Of a DNA stretch of 64,000 bases, positions 24,927 through 34,498 are shown one piece after another. The translations under genes and the position numbers were made by a program. The stretch comes from Candidatus Flemingiibacterium sp. (GTDB lineage Bacteria; Bacillota; Clostridia; Oscillospirales; CAG-272). How positions within the stretch are numbered: position 1 is the first letter of the stretch; each line of letters opens with the position of its first letter. The DNA lies in assembly GCA_045644145.1 (NCBI GenBank), contig JAZRGK010000016.1, forward strand, positions 7,767 to 71,766, in the 5' to 3' direction. The notes beneath the pieces were generated by a model. It made no database searches. It was not told where the DNA came from and saw only the letters and a list, made by a program, of their open reading frames with translations.

Positions 24927-24959
24927 CGAAACTGTAATAAATTATTTAAGGAGGCTATT

Positions 24960-25517
24960 ATGGCAAATATCAAAAAAACCATTAAAGCGAAGAGCGAAAA
25001 GGTTACATTTTTCTCCGATTTCAAGAAGTTCATAACCAAGGGCAATGTTCTCGACATGGCTGTGGGCGTTGTTGTGGGTACTGCATTTAACGCTATCGTA
25101 AACGGTCTTGTAAAGAACATAATCACTCCCGTTCTTACCTATTTCACAAGCGGCGTATCCATCGACGAATGGAAATATGTGCTTCGTGAAGCTGTTCCGG
25201 CAGATGAGGCGGCAGGCGTTGCCGAGGTTGCGGAGATTGCAATTTCCTACGGTCTGTGGATTCAGGCGATAATTGATTTCTTCATCATCGCACTCTGCGT
25301 TTTTGCCGCAGTACGTTTTATCCGCGGGATGGAGCGTAAATTGAATGCTAAGGAGCTTGCTAAGGCTGAGGCAGAGGCGGCGGTAAAGAAAGCCGAGGAT
25401 GATGCTAAGGCAGCGGAGGAAGCTGCGGCGGCTGAGGCAAAGGCTGCGGCTGAAAAGGCGGCACTTGAGGAATTCTACGAAAACATCCGCGAGATCCGCG
25501 ATTCGCTTAAGAAGTAA
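24960..25517 (+). CDS. mscL: Large-conductance mechanosensitive channel with long Ala/Glu/Lys-rich C-terminal extension
   Basis: 185 aa with an AAGGAGG RBS. The core reads FKKFITKGNVLDMAVGVVVGTAFNAIVNGLVKNIITP. A ~60-aa tail AKAEAEAAVKKAEDDAKAAEEAAAAEAKAAAEKAALEE extends beyond the usual ~130-150 aa. Confidence 0.9.
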   Translation: MANIKKTIKAKSEKVTFFSDFKKFITKGNVLDMAVGVVVGTAFNAIVNGLVKNIITPVLTYFTSGVSIDEWKYVLREAVPADEAAGVAEVAEIAISYGLWIQAIIDFFIIALCVFAAVRFIRGMERKLNAKELAKAEAEAAVKKAEDDAKAAEEAAAAEAKAAAEKAALEEFYENIREIRDSLKK

Positions 25518-25584
25518 GTTTTTCTTAAATAAAGCTCTTGACGATATTCTTTAAGAGCAAACATGATTTTATAAATATAAAGCA

Positions 25585-25651
25585 GCAGGAGCAAGCCCCT
25601 GCCCTACGACCAAGATACATGGTGACCTGTAGGGCAGGGGCTTGCTCCTGC
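25585..25651. repeat. Long perfect palindrome, copy 1 of a REP-like element
   Basis: 23-bp arms gcaggagcaagcccctgccctac (25585-25607)/gtagggcaggggcttgctcctgc (25629-25651) with a 21-nt loop. It lies between convergent mscL and the 940-aa gene. It is related to 42652-42727. Confidence 0.85.
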
Positions 25652-25681
25652 CGTCTTTATTAGTAACGCTATTTATAATTT

Positions 25682-28504
25682 TTATCCCAATTTAGCAAGT
25701 ACCGCGGAAAGCTCTGAACGGCTTATGGTAGCGGTGGGGCGTACTGTACCGTCGAGATAGCCGCTGACGATTCCGGAAGCTACGCAGTTGGCAACTCCCT
25801 CACGCGCCCAATCGGCGATGTCCGCCGCATCAGTAAAGGTAAGCTCGGTATCAGCGGCATCGAGCATGCTTCCGATTACCTTGAATGCTTCCTGCCTTGT
25901 TATAGTAGCGTTGGGGTCAAAGACCACGGTGCCGTCTTCAAGTGTACCGCGTCCGTTCATTATTCCGTTGGCGATTGCCGCACGGATATAGGGGATTTTG
26001 TCAATTGGCGTGTCCATGTCAAGGGATGCGCCCTCGTTTATATACGGGAATGCGTTGGTTCCGGACCACAGAACAAGGATCTTAGCGAATTCCGCACGGG
26101 TAAGCGCAAGATCGGGGGAATAGTACACTTCGCCGTCCTTTATTACGCAGTCATAATTCTGAATTACGCCCATTTCATAAAGCGTGTCGAGGTATTCTGC
26201 CGCCCAGTGGTCGGTAAGTCCTGAAAGAAGCGGTTCGGATGGGCGTCCGTAATAAATTACCGGCGAATCTATCACATAACTGAAAGCGCCCGAACCGGAT
26301 GAGCTAACCGAAAGCAGTTCGGTAAGTGTAAGGATTTCAGCATTTATGGAATCCGGTATTTCTGCCGTTATTTCACGCCAGCCAAGCTGTTTTTGGTAAT
26401 CCTTGGTGATGATGTAGGGCAACTCATAAACATTCCCCTCGGCATCTGATGCCAAGGCGGTAAGCTCACCGTCGGTGTAACCGTATATCCACATTTTTAT
26501 ACTGTGGGTATCACGCGAAAGCGTGATTTTTTCAGCCAGTTTTATTGCCATGACTTTATTGTCAGATTCTGTGTCGTATGTGAAATCCACCTTCAAACCG
26601 TGAGAGGATTTAAAGCCGTGTTCGGAAAGGGATATCTGCAGTTCACCGTGATCCGCATTGCCGATGAAACCGTCAAGCTCGCTCTCTTCCTCAAAATCTG
26701 AGAGAATTACAGTTTCATCGCTTATTTTTACCTTGACATACCGAACGAATTCGTCGAACCACACTCCGATTTCAACCTCGCCTTCAATGTCACCGTCAAA
26801 TGCCCGGAAATTGCCTTGTTTGTCAAGATAGCCCAGATCGCAGACTATCATCGCGTCAGGATAGGTGTCGGGATTTGGGAGAATATGCGTTCCGTTGAGG
26901 GTATAGTAGAATGAGCCGGCATCAAAGTGGATAGGCTTACCCTCATGTACCGCAGTTATGTTGATGGGGAGAAGAGTGCCGGGCTTGATCTGCACGGACT
27001 CGGGGCTCACATACAGCTCGTCCAGTGTATCCGCAACAATTACACTTACATCGCCGGATATATCTCCGTTTGTTACCCTTAAACGGTATTCACCGCCCGT
27101 AAGTCCGGCGGTATAGCTGTTGCCTCTGGTATATCCTGCATCCTCGTACTCCTCGGTAAAAGCGGCAGTCAGGGAGGCAGGATCAATTTCGGTATCTGTA
27201 ATAAGCTGATATGCCGCGTCAAGTGCTTCGGCGGTGAAATCTATTGTGCTTCCGCGAAGTATAAGAGGTGTATTTGGCGAAATTTTAAGAGCCGCAGGTA
27301 TGCCGTCAGCTTCGCCGGTGCTAAGGAAGAGAATACCGTTGGCTACAGAGCGGTAGCCAGTGTCTGAAGATGTGTTTACATACACAGTTTCCGAATCGCC
27401 AGAGGGCTTCACCATAACGGTTGTAGAGCCGCCGCCGTCAAGATTCAGTGCGTAAGTGCATCCAAGCTCAGCCATAACAGCGGAGAGATCTGTAAGTTTA
27501 AGTCCTCTGGAGTCCTGACTTCTACCGTCAACGGCGAAGAAAACCACATTTCCGTCCGGCTTAAGCCCAACGGCAGTGCGGGGATTTACTGTCTTTTCGT
27601 GGTCTTCTTCGGCGATGCCCTCAGGTATATTCCCGGCTTCAAGAATGAGGTCGCCGCCGCCTACTGCACTTGTTATTTGCTCCCAAAGCGCAGCACATTC
27701 GGAATCGATTCTTATGAGATCGCCTTTTTTGAAGCCCGAATAGAGCCCATAATCCGCATATTCCTTTGAAATGCTGAGCACAGCGCATCCATCTGGAATT
27801 TCAGAGTTGCCCGCACCGTTTATAACCTCAATGACCTCTCCTTTAACAGAACCGCTTGCCTTGATAATTCCGTCAAGCCTTATTACGATTTCGGTGGATT
27901 CCCCCTGCAGCTTGGTGGTGTCGGAAAAATCTTCTGTAAGAAGGTAAGCGCCCCATACGGTTGGGTATTTGTTCAAGTGGTGGATTTTTTTTGGCTCACT
28001 GCCGGAAGACAGGTTGGTTATGGATATTTTTATTTCCGGCTTACCGATTATAGCTGATCCATTTTCAAGAAAACCGAGAGCGTACATTCCGTCGTCTGAG
28101 GTAATAAGCTTGCCGCCGTCGATCATTACTCCCATGGGTACGCCGGTCTGCATACTGTAGAAATCACCGTTTATTGCACCAAGGACGGCCTTGCCCTCAT
28201 TGGTTTCTGTTTTCACCAGTGAACCCACACGATCCTTTCCGTAGACTGATTCACCAAAGCGCACAACGGGGAGCACGCCGCCCATACGGTAATCGTATTC
28301 AAATATGTATGCGTGCTGCTTTTTATCTTCTTCGGTAACCGATTCAAATTCACTGTAATAAAGTCCGTTTCCCACGGTGTCACGTTCAAGCTTTACCACT
28401 GTTCCAAGTCCGGTATAGGACAGAGCGTTTAGCGAAATGCTTAAGAGCATTGTGCAGCCCATGACAGTACATAAAGCTGCATGAAATTTTCTTTTAGACA
28501 TCAT
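25682..28504 (-). CDS. Phosphodiester glycosidase (NAGPA/DUF2233-type) surface protein with Ig-like middle region and C-terminal SLH domains
   Basis: 940 aa with a signal peptide. The NAGPA-type motif is ALNLDGGGSTTVMV. The C-terminal SLH repeats read LTDHWAAEYLDTLYEMGVI, ...IPYIRAAIANGIMNG and FTDAADIADWAREGVANCVASGIVSGY. Confidence 0.8.
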   Translation of the reverse strand: MMSKRKFHAALCTVMGCTMLLSISLNALSYTGLGTVVKLERDTVGNGLYYSEFESVTEEDKKQHAYIFEYDYRMGGVLPVVRFGESVYGKDRVGSLVKTETNEGKAVLGAINGDFYSMQTGVPMGVMIDGGKLITSDDGMYALGFLENGSAIIGKPEIKISITNLSSGSEPKKIHHLNKYPTVWGAYLLTEDFSDTTKLQGESTEIVIRLDGIIKASGSVKGEVIEVINGAGNSEIPDGCAVLSISKEYADYGLYSGFKKGDLIRIDSECAALWEQITSAVGGGDLILEAGNIPEGIAEEDHEKTVNPRTAVGLKPDGNVVFFAVDGRSQDSRGLKLTDLSAVMAELGCTYALNLDGGGSTTVMVKPSGDSETVYVNTSSDTGYRSVANGILFLSTGEADGIPAALKISPNTPLILRGSTIDFTAEALDAAYQLITDTEIDPASLTAAFTEEYEDAGYTRGNSYTAGLTGGEYRLRVTNGDISGDVSVIVADTLDELYVSPESVQIKPGTLLPINITAVHEGKPIHFDAGSFYYTLNGTHILPNPDTYPDAMIVCDLGYLDKQGNFRAFDGDIEGEVEIGVWFDEFVRYVKVKISDETVILSDFEEESELDGFIGNADHGELQISLSEHGFKSSHGLKVDFTYDTESDNKVMAIKLAEKITLSRDTHSIKMWIYGYTDGELTALASDAEGNVYELPYIITKDYQKQLGWREITAEIPDSINAEILTLTELLSVSSSGSGAFSYVIDSPVIYYGRPSEPLLSGLTDHWAAEYLDTLYEMGVIQNYDCVIKDGEVYYSPDLALTRAEFAKILVLWSGTNAFPYINEGASLDMDTPIDKIPYIRAAIANGIMNGRGTLEDGTVVFDPNATITRQEAFKVIGSMLDAADTELTFTDAADIADWAREGVANCVASGIVSGYLDGTVRPTATISRSELSAVLAKLG

Positions 28505-28860
28505 TACATCCTTTCGGTATAGGTAGCGGACATCGGCACAGCTACGCCGATGTGAACGGACAAATTTATTATACCCTTTTTAGACGCACAAAAAATGTAC
28601 CCTTGGCGTACAAAGTGTTAATAAAGTAAAAACTATGAAGAGAAAAATCAGGTATTTTGTGGTAAGCCGGTTGCGCATAAGCAATATACACATAAGCGGG
28701 TTTCCGGTTTTGTGCAGATTGTCGGATTGGTGTAAAAACTTGAAAAACAACGAAGTACATAAAAAATCTGTTTTCGGCTTTACAAAAACAAATCAGGGCA
28801 TTAAAGCGTTGCGTGCTGCATATAGTGTATGGAAAACAACAAAATATCGAGGTGAGCATT

Positions 28861-29130
28861 TTGTTTTACGACACGGATGAGCGAGCGCGCAGGCTGGCAG
28901 AATACCTTATAAACGAAAAAAGCACGGTGAGAAACACGGCGGCGGCGTTCGGTATCAGTAAATCTACCGTACATAAGGATATTTCCTGCCGCTTGAAGCG
29001 GATTGATCCGTCTTTATATGCTGAAGCGGCAAAGATACTCGATACCAATAAATCCGAACGTCATATCAGGGGCGGAAATGCTACCAAGCTCAAGTATGAA
29101 TGGGTAAAACAGGCAAAAAATACAAAATAA
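28861..29130 (+). CDS. spoIIID: Sporulation transcriptional regulator SpoIIID
   Basis: 89 aa if the TTG at 28861 is used (GAGGTGA lies 5 nt upstream). The ORF is open from 28813. ERARRLAEYLINEKSTVRNTAAAFGISKSTVHKDI...NKSERHIRGGNATK matches the SpoIIID HTH and the ERHIRGG signature. Confidence 0.8.
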   Translation: MFYDTDERARRLAEYLINEKSTVRNTAAAFGISKSTVHKDISCRLKRIDPSLYAEAAKILDTNKSERHIRGGNATKLKYEWVKQAKNTK

Positions 29131-29156
29131 TTTGTGCAGTATACACAAAAAATTGC

Positions 29157-29179
29157 GAGCGCACAGCGCTCCTTTTTTT
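29157..29179 (+). terminator. Terminator after spoIIID
   Basis: Stem gagcgc/gcgctc with loop aca, followed by c+TTTTTTT. Confidence 0.6.
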
Positions 29180-29180
29180 G

Positions 29181-29219
29181 TTCATTTTAGCAAAAATTTT
29201 TTTATTCATTTTAGCAAAA
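29181..29219. repeat. Two exact 15-nt direct repeats TTCATTTTAGCAAAA upstream of the recQ promoter
   Basis: The copies are at 29181-29195 and 29205-29219 (24-nt period). The second ends 4 nt before the -35. Confidence 0.8.
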
Positions 29220-29223
29220 GCTC

Positions 29224-29252
29224 TTTACATTTACCATTAAATGTTTTATAAT
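29224..29252 (+). promoter_or_regulatory. Sigma-A type promoter of recQ
   Basis: TTTACA (29224-29229), 17 nt spacer, TATAAT (29247-29252). Confidence 0.55.
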
Positions 29253-29309
29253 ATTTATATAACCTGCAAAGATATCTTTGAAATGAATAATTTGGAGATA
29301 AGCGACATA

Positions 29310-31139
29310 ATGGCAGATAAATACAGCGTTTTGAAGAATTACTACGGGTATACCTCATTCCGAAACGGGCAGGATCAGATTATTGATAAAATAATGGCGG
29401 GGAAGGATGTACTTGCAGTAATGCCCACCGGTGCAGGGAAATCCATATGCTATCAGATTCCGGCGATGCTGCTTCCCGGAATTACACTTGTAATATCTCC
29501 TCTTATTTCCCTTATGAAGGATCAGGTAGGGGCGCTGAATCAAAACGGTATCCGTGCTGCCTATCTCAACAGCTCTCTTACTCCAAAGCAGTACGGTCTG
29601 GCGCTTGGCAACATCCGCCGGGGCATGTATAAAATAATTTACGTTGCACCGGAACGACTTCTTACGGATGGTTTTTTGGAGCTTGCCGCCGGGCTTGATA
29701 TTTCCCTTGTAGCAGTTGACGAGGCGCACTGTGTTTCCCAATGGGGACACGATTTTAGGCCGAGCTACACACATATTTCTGAGTTCGTGAACGGGCTTTG
29801 GAACCGTCCCGCGGTTGCGGCGTTTACGGCTACCGCCACGGAGAATGTAAAGGCTGATGTGAGAGCGCTTCTTGGGTTAAATTCCCCATATGAAATAACC
29901 ACCGGATTTGACCGTCCGAATTTGTATTTTTCGGTTGTGGAAACCGATTCCAGAATTGACTATATGCGCAGATATCTTACGGAAAACAAAGGTAAGTCCG
30001 GTATAATTTACGCTATGACCAGAAAGAATGTGGAGAAAATATTCTCCCATCTGTCAGCATCCGGATTCCCCGTAACCATGTATCATGCCGGTATGTCGGA
30101 TTCCGAGCGTGCCATAAATCAGGATGCATTTATTCGTGATGTAAAGCCCGTAATAGTTGCCACCAACGCTTTTGGTATGGGGATTGATAAGCCGGACGTG
30201 GAATTTATAATACACTATAATTTCCCGATGTCAATGGAAGCATATTACCAAGAGGCAGGCAGAGCAGGACGTGACGGAAGTGAGGCGGACTGCACACTTC
30301 TTTACTCTGCGGCGGATATACACACCGCAAAATTTTTAATAGAAAACGGAACGGATGAGGCTGAGGGGCTTTCAGATGAAGAGCTTGAAGCGGCAAAGAG
30401 GCGCAGATATAAAAAGCTTGAGGAAATGATATCCTATTGCAAGACTACATCCTGTCTGCGCGGATTTATACTTCGCTATTTCGGTGACACCCCCAAAACG
30501 GAAAAATGCGGAAAATGCTCATCCTGCCACGGCGACTACGAAGTGCAGGATGTAACAGATATTGTTCGTGCGGTGCGCATGGCTGTAGATGTAACAGGGG
30601 AGCGTTTCGGCGCGGTGTTTATTGCGGATTTTCTTCACGGTACGGACAACGGGCGTATGGATGCGCTTGGGTTTACCTACGAGAGAGGGTTTGGACTTCT
30701 TGAGAGAGTGCCCGTTTCGGTGATACGGGACGTTATTTCCCGAATGGAAGAAGAAGGACTCCTTCTTCGCACATCGGGACAGTATCCGGTACTTAATTTG
30801 ACGGCGAAGCTTGATAATTATTTGGAATCCGATGAGCGCATGACTTTGAAAATAAAGAAAAACAGGATTAAAAGTAAGGCTTCACGGGCGGCGGACAGAA
30901 ATCTGCAGATGCTTCCCGTTGATACGGAGCTTTACGAGAGGTTAAGAAAATTCCGCAGAGATCTTGCTGAAAGGCGCGGTGTACCGGCTTATGTAATATT
31001 CACGGATGCAACGCTCCGCGAGATAGCCGCAAGCCGTCCTCACGACATGCTTTCGCTTTTGCGAGTACGGGGAATCGGAGAGGAAAAAGCCCAAAGATAC
31101 GGTACGGCTATAATAAATATCGTCAGAAGCATGGATTAG
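29310..31139 (+). CDS. recQ: ATP-dependent DNA helicase RecQ
   Basis: 609 aa from ATG 29310. GGAGA lies 11 nt upstream, and alternative starts are 29283 and 29241. The sequence has YGYTSFRNGQ, MPTGAGKSICYQIPA, DEAHCVSQWGHDFR, a Zn-binding CxxxC...C cluster and a C-terminal HRDC domain (YVIFTDATLREIA). Confidence 0.9.
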   Translation: MADKYSVLKNYYGYTSFRNGQDQIIDKIMAGKDVLAVMPTGAGKSICYQIPAMLLPGITLVISPLISLMKDQVGALNQNGIRAAYLNSSLTPKQYGLALGNIRRGMYKIIYVAPERLLTDGFLELAAGLDISLVAVDEAHCVSQWGHDFRPSYTHISEFVNGLWNRPAVAAFTATATENVKADVRALLGLNSPYEITTGFDRPNLYFSVVETDSRIDYMRRYLTENKGKSGIIYAMTRKNVEKIFSHLSASGFPVTMYHAGMSDSERAINQDAFIRDVKPVIVATNAFGMGIDKPDVEFIIHYNFPMSMEAYYQEAGRAGRDGSEADCTLLYSAADIHTAKFLIENGTDEAEGLSDEELEAAKRRRYKKLEEMISYCKTTSCLRGFILRYFGDTPKTEKCGKCSSCHGDYEVQDVTDIVRAVRMAVDVTGERFGAVFIADFLHGTDNGRMDALGFTYERGFGLLERVPVSVIRDVISRMEEEGLLLRTSGQYPVLNLTAKLDNYLESDERMTLKIKKNRIKSKASRAADRNLQMLPVDTELYERLRKFRRDLAERRGVPAYVIFTDATLREIAASRPHDMLSLLRVRGIGEEKAQRYGTAIINIVRSMD

Positions 31140-31267
31140 ACGGATTTTAGGACATTATTATTTCTTTGATATAATTCGACGTAATATTTGTACTTGATTA
31201 TGGTATACTTTATTTCGGATGATATTTTACGTTCGTCACTTCAGAATATACGGGAAGGTCGGATTTA

Positions 31268-33250
31268 ATGGCAAAATCAGAACAAAAAAGAAGCACTGCA
31301 CATGAGCATGCTGCATACTATTTTCATCAAGGCACCAATTTTTATGCGTATGATTATCTTGGCTGTCACAGGAGCATGGCAGATGGCGCGTATTTGTATA
31401 CATTCCGTGTTTGGGCACCAAATGCGGAATATATCGAGCTTGTGGGAGATTTTAATAACTGGCAGAGCGGATGCTTTATGCAGAAAGTCACCGAAATGGG
31501 AGTATACGAATATGTTCTCTCCTCGGATGTTCCCATTGAGGGATCGAATTATAAATACCGCATTACCGGCAAGAACGGCGTTCATTTGAAGGCTGACCCA
31601 TATGCAAGAGCTTCCGAAACTTTGAAGGGAACAGCTTCGAAAATATATACCGAACAGCCTTTTGATTGGACAGATGAACTGTGGCTCAAGAAGCGGTTAA
31701 AGGATGTTACAGGTAAGGGGAAGCGAAAGCCCGAATTTTTTGAAGCGCCAATGAATATTTATGAAGTACACCTTGGCTCGTGGATGACAAAGGACGGACT
31801 TACCACCAGAGAGGGTGAAAACTATCTTAACTACCGCACCATAGCGGACGAGCTTGCGCCTTATGTTAAGCAGATGGGTTATACTCATGTGGAGCTGCTC
31901 CCCATAGCCGAGCATCCATTTGACGGCTCGTGGGGATACCAGGTGTGCGGATATTATTCCCCTACCGCAAGATTCGGTACTCCCGATGACTTCAGGTATT
32001 TTGTCAATAAGCTTCATTCCGTTGGAGTTGGAGTAATACTTGACTGGGTGCCTGCCCATTTTCCAAAGGATGAGCACGGACTTTATGAGTTTGACGGGCA
32101 GCCGCTTTATGAGTACCAGGGCTACGATCGAATGGAGCATAAAATCTGGGGAACACGCTTTTTTGACGTGGCACGGAACGAGGTGGAGTGCTTCCTCATA
32201 TCCAATGCTCTCTACTTCCTTCGTGAGTTCCACATAGACGGGTTGCGAGTTGACGCAGTGGCATCAATGCTGTACCTGGACTTTGACCGAGATCCCGGAG
32301 AGTGGATACCAAATGAACACGGTGAAAATAAGAATCTGGAAGCCGTAGCGTTTTTCAAAAAGCTGAATACAGCGGTCTTTGCGGAATTCCCTGATGCTCT
32401 TATGATTGCGGAGGAATCCACCGACTGGCCAATGATAACAAAACCGGTGCACGAAGGCGGACTTGGCTTCAATTTCAAATGGAACATGGGTTGGGCAAAC
32501 GACACATTCGACTATATCATGACTGACCCCGTGTTCCGCAAATACAAGCATGAGAGGCTGACGTTTCCCATGATGTATTCGCTTAACGAGAACTATATAC
32601 TTCCCGTATCCCACGACGAGGTGGTACACGGAAAGCTGTCGCTTCTTGATAAGAACTTCGGGGACTACGAAACGAAGTTTGCGGGATTCAGGACTTTCCT
32701 CTTGTATCATATGACTCATCCCGGCAAAAAACTGATGTTCATGGGCAGTGAATACGCTCCATTTCGCGAGTGGGACTATGAAAATCAGCTTGAGTGGTTT
32801 ATGACGGACTACGATATGCATAGAAAGTCGCGGCTTTACACAGCGGCGCTGAACCGATTCTATCTTGAAGAAGGTGCGCTGTGGGAGCGAGATTTCTCTT
32901 GGGATGGCTTTGAGTGGATATATCCAGATATGAGCGATCTCAATATAATCGCATACCGCCGACTTGACAAAAAAGGCAATGAGCTTGTTACGGTTCTCAA
33001 CTTTGCTCCTGTTTTAAGAGAGGGCTTCACCCTTATAAATATGCGTCATGCCAGATATTTCGAGGTGTTTTCCTCAGATGATGCGGAATACGGAGGAAGC
33101 GGACGGCGAAACACGGGTGCTCTTGATACCGTAAAGGCTTTTGACGGTACGAGAGAGCTAAAAATCACACTCCCGCCTATGTCGGGCATCATTTTGAAGC
33201 CTCAGGCGGCGGTGGCACGAGTAAAGAATAGCGAAAAAAATACAAAATAA
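31268..33250 (+). CDS. glgB: 1,4-alpha-glucan branching enzyme
   Basis: 660 aa. It has a CBM48-like N-terminus and GH13 motifs ([37 protein letters not shown]). Confidence 0.95.
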   Translation: MAKSEQKRSTAHEHAAYYFHQGTNFYAYDYLGCHRSMADGAYLYTFRVWAPNAEYIELVGDFNNWQSGCFMQKVTEMGVYEYVLSSDVPIEGSNYKYRITGKNGVHLKADPYARASETLKGTASKIYTEQPFDWTDELWLKKRLKDVTGKGKRKPEFFEAPMNIYEVHLGSWMTKDGLTTREGENYLNYRTIADELAPYVKQMGYTHVELLPIAEHPFDGSWGYQVCGYYSPTARFGTPDDFRYFVNKLHSVGVGVILDWVPAHFPKDEHGLYEFDGQPLYEYQGYDRMEHKIWGTRFFDVARNEVECFLISNALYFLREFHIDGLRVDAVASMLYLDFDRDPGEWIPNEHGENKNLEAVAFFKKLNTAVFAEFPDALMIAEESTDWPMITKPVHEGGLGFNFKWNMGWANDTFDYIMTDPVFRKYKHERLTFPMMYSLNENYILPVSHDEVVHGKLSLLDKNFGDYETKFAGFRTFLLYHMTHPGKKLMFMGSEYAPFREWDYENQLEWFMTDYDMHRKSRLYTAALNRFYLEEGALWERDFSWDGFEWIYPDMSDLNIIAYRRLDKKGNELVTVLNFAPVLREGFTLINMRHARYFEVFSSDDAEYGGSGRRNTGALDTVKAFDGTRELKITLPPMSGIILKPQAAVARVKNSEKNTK

Positions 33251-33267
33251 CAGTAGGAGGAATTATC

Positions 33268-34482
33268 ATGTACAAGAAAAAAGAATGTGTAGCCATGCTT
33301 CTTGCCGGGGGGCAAGGAAGCAGACTTTACACCCTTACCGAAAAGACAGCAAAACCTGCGGTGCCTTTCGGCGCGAAGTACCGTATTATAGATTTTACGC
33401 TTTCTAACTGTGTAAACTCGCACATTGACACTGTGGGTGTGCTTACGCAGTATCAGCCGCTTGTGCTGAACGAGTATATAGGCAACGGTCAGCCTTGGGA
33501 CCTTGACCGCATGAACGGCGGTGTTATGGTTCTTCCGCCCTATCAGGGAAAGGACGGCGCTGACTGGTATCGCGGCACTGCCAACGCCATATATCAAAAT
33601 CTTAACTTCATAAACCGCTATGATCCTGACTATGTGCTTGTGCTGTCGGGTGACCATATTTATAAGATGGATTATAGCAAGATGCTTGACTATCATAAAA
33701 AGGTCGGCGCCGCCGCAACTATCGCGGTTATCGACGTGCCGATCGAGCAGGCAAGCCGCTTTGGTATTATGAATACCGATGCGGAGGGAAAGATCATAGA
33801 GTTTGAGGAAAAGCCGCCTAAACCTAAGAGCACCAAGGCGTCTATGGGTATATATATTTTTAATCGGGCACTGCTTGAGAAATATCTTACTGAGGATGAA
33901 AACAATCCCGATTCCGCCAACGATTTCGGCAAAAATATCATTCCGGCTATGCTTAATAGCGGTGAAAAGATGTATGCTTACAGCTTCTCAGGTTATTGGA
34001 AGGACGTTGGCACTGTTGAAAGTCTTTGGGAAGCGCACATGGATCTTCTCGGAGATGAGCCGGAGCTGAATCTTTTTGATTCGGACTGGAAGATATACTC
34101 ACGCAGCCGTATCCGCGCGCCCCACTATATCGGAGATGACGCGAAGGTGATTAACTCTATTGTAACCGAGGGATGCGAGATCCACGGTACTGTTGAAAAC
34201 TCCGTTTTGTTCGGCGGTGTAAAGGTTAAGAGAGGTGCGTACATACGCAACTCCATAATTATGAGCGATACCGTTATCTCGGAGGGTGCCACTGTATGGC
34301 ATTCGATTGTTGACGGTGATACTGTAATCGAAGCCGGTGCAAAGATAGGTGAGCGCAAAGAGTCGGGCGGCGGCATAACACTTGTGGGATGTGATCTTAC
34401 GATCCCGTCAGGCGCTGTTATTCCGGCTGGCGATATGGTAAATGCGGCATATCTTGATGAAAAGAACAATAAAAAGCGTTAG
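33268..34482 (+). CDS. glgC: Glucose-1-phosphate adenylyltransferase catalytic subunit
   Basis: 404 aa with an AGGAGG RBS. The sequence has [30 protein letters not shown] and a LbH C-terminal domain. Confidence 0.95.
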   Translation: MYKKKECVAMLLAGGQGSRLYTLTEKTAKPAVPFGAKYRIIDFTLSNCVNSHIDTVGVLTQYQPLVLNEYIGNGQPWDLDRMNGGVMVLPPYQGKDGADWYRGTANAIYQNLNFINRYDPDYVLVLSGDHIYKMDYSKMLDYHKKVGAAATIAVIDVPIEQASRFGIMNTDAEGKIIEFEEKPPKPKSTKASMGIYIFNRALLEKYLTEDENNPDSANDFGKNIIPAMLNSGEKMYAYSFSGYWKDVGTVESLWEAHMDLLGDEPELNLFDSDWKIYSRSRIRAPHYIGDDAKVINSIVTEGCEIHGTVENSVLFGGVKVKRGAYIRNSIIMSDTVISEGATVWHSIVDGDTVIEAGAKIGERKESGGGITLVGCDLTIPSGAVIPAGDMVNAAYLDEKNNKKR

Positions 34483-34498
34483 GAAAGGATGAATTACA

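Noticed and set aside
28798-28826. Sigma-E-type promoter for spoIIID (GCATTAA-14 nt-CATATAGT)
   Set aside because: It only loosely matches my remembered Bacillus consensus (kmATAtt-14-CATAcAnT). This is too weak to report as a feature without 5'-end data.
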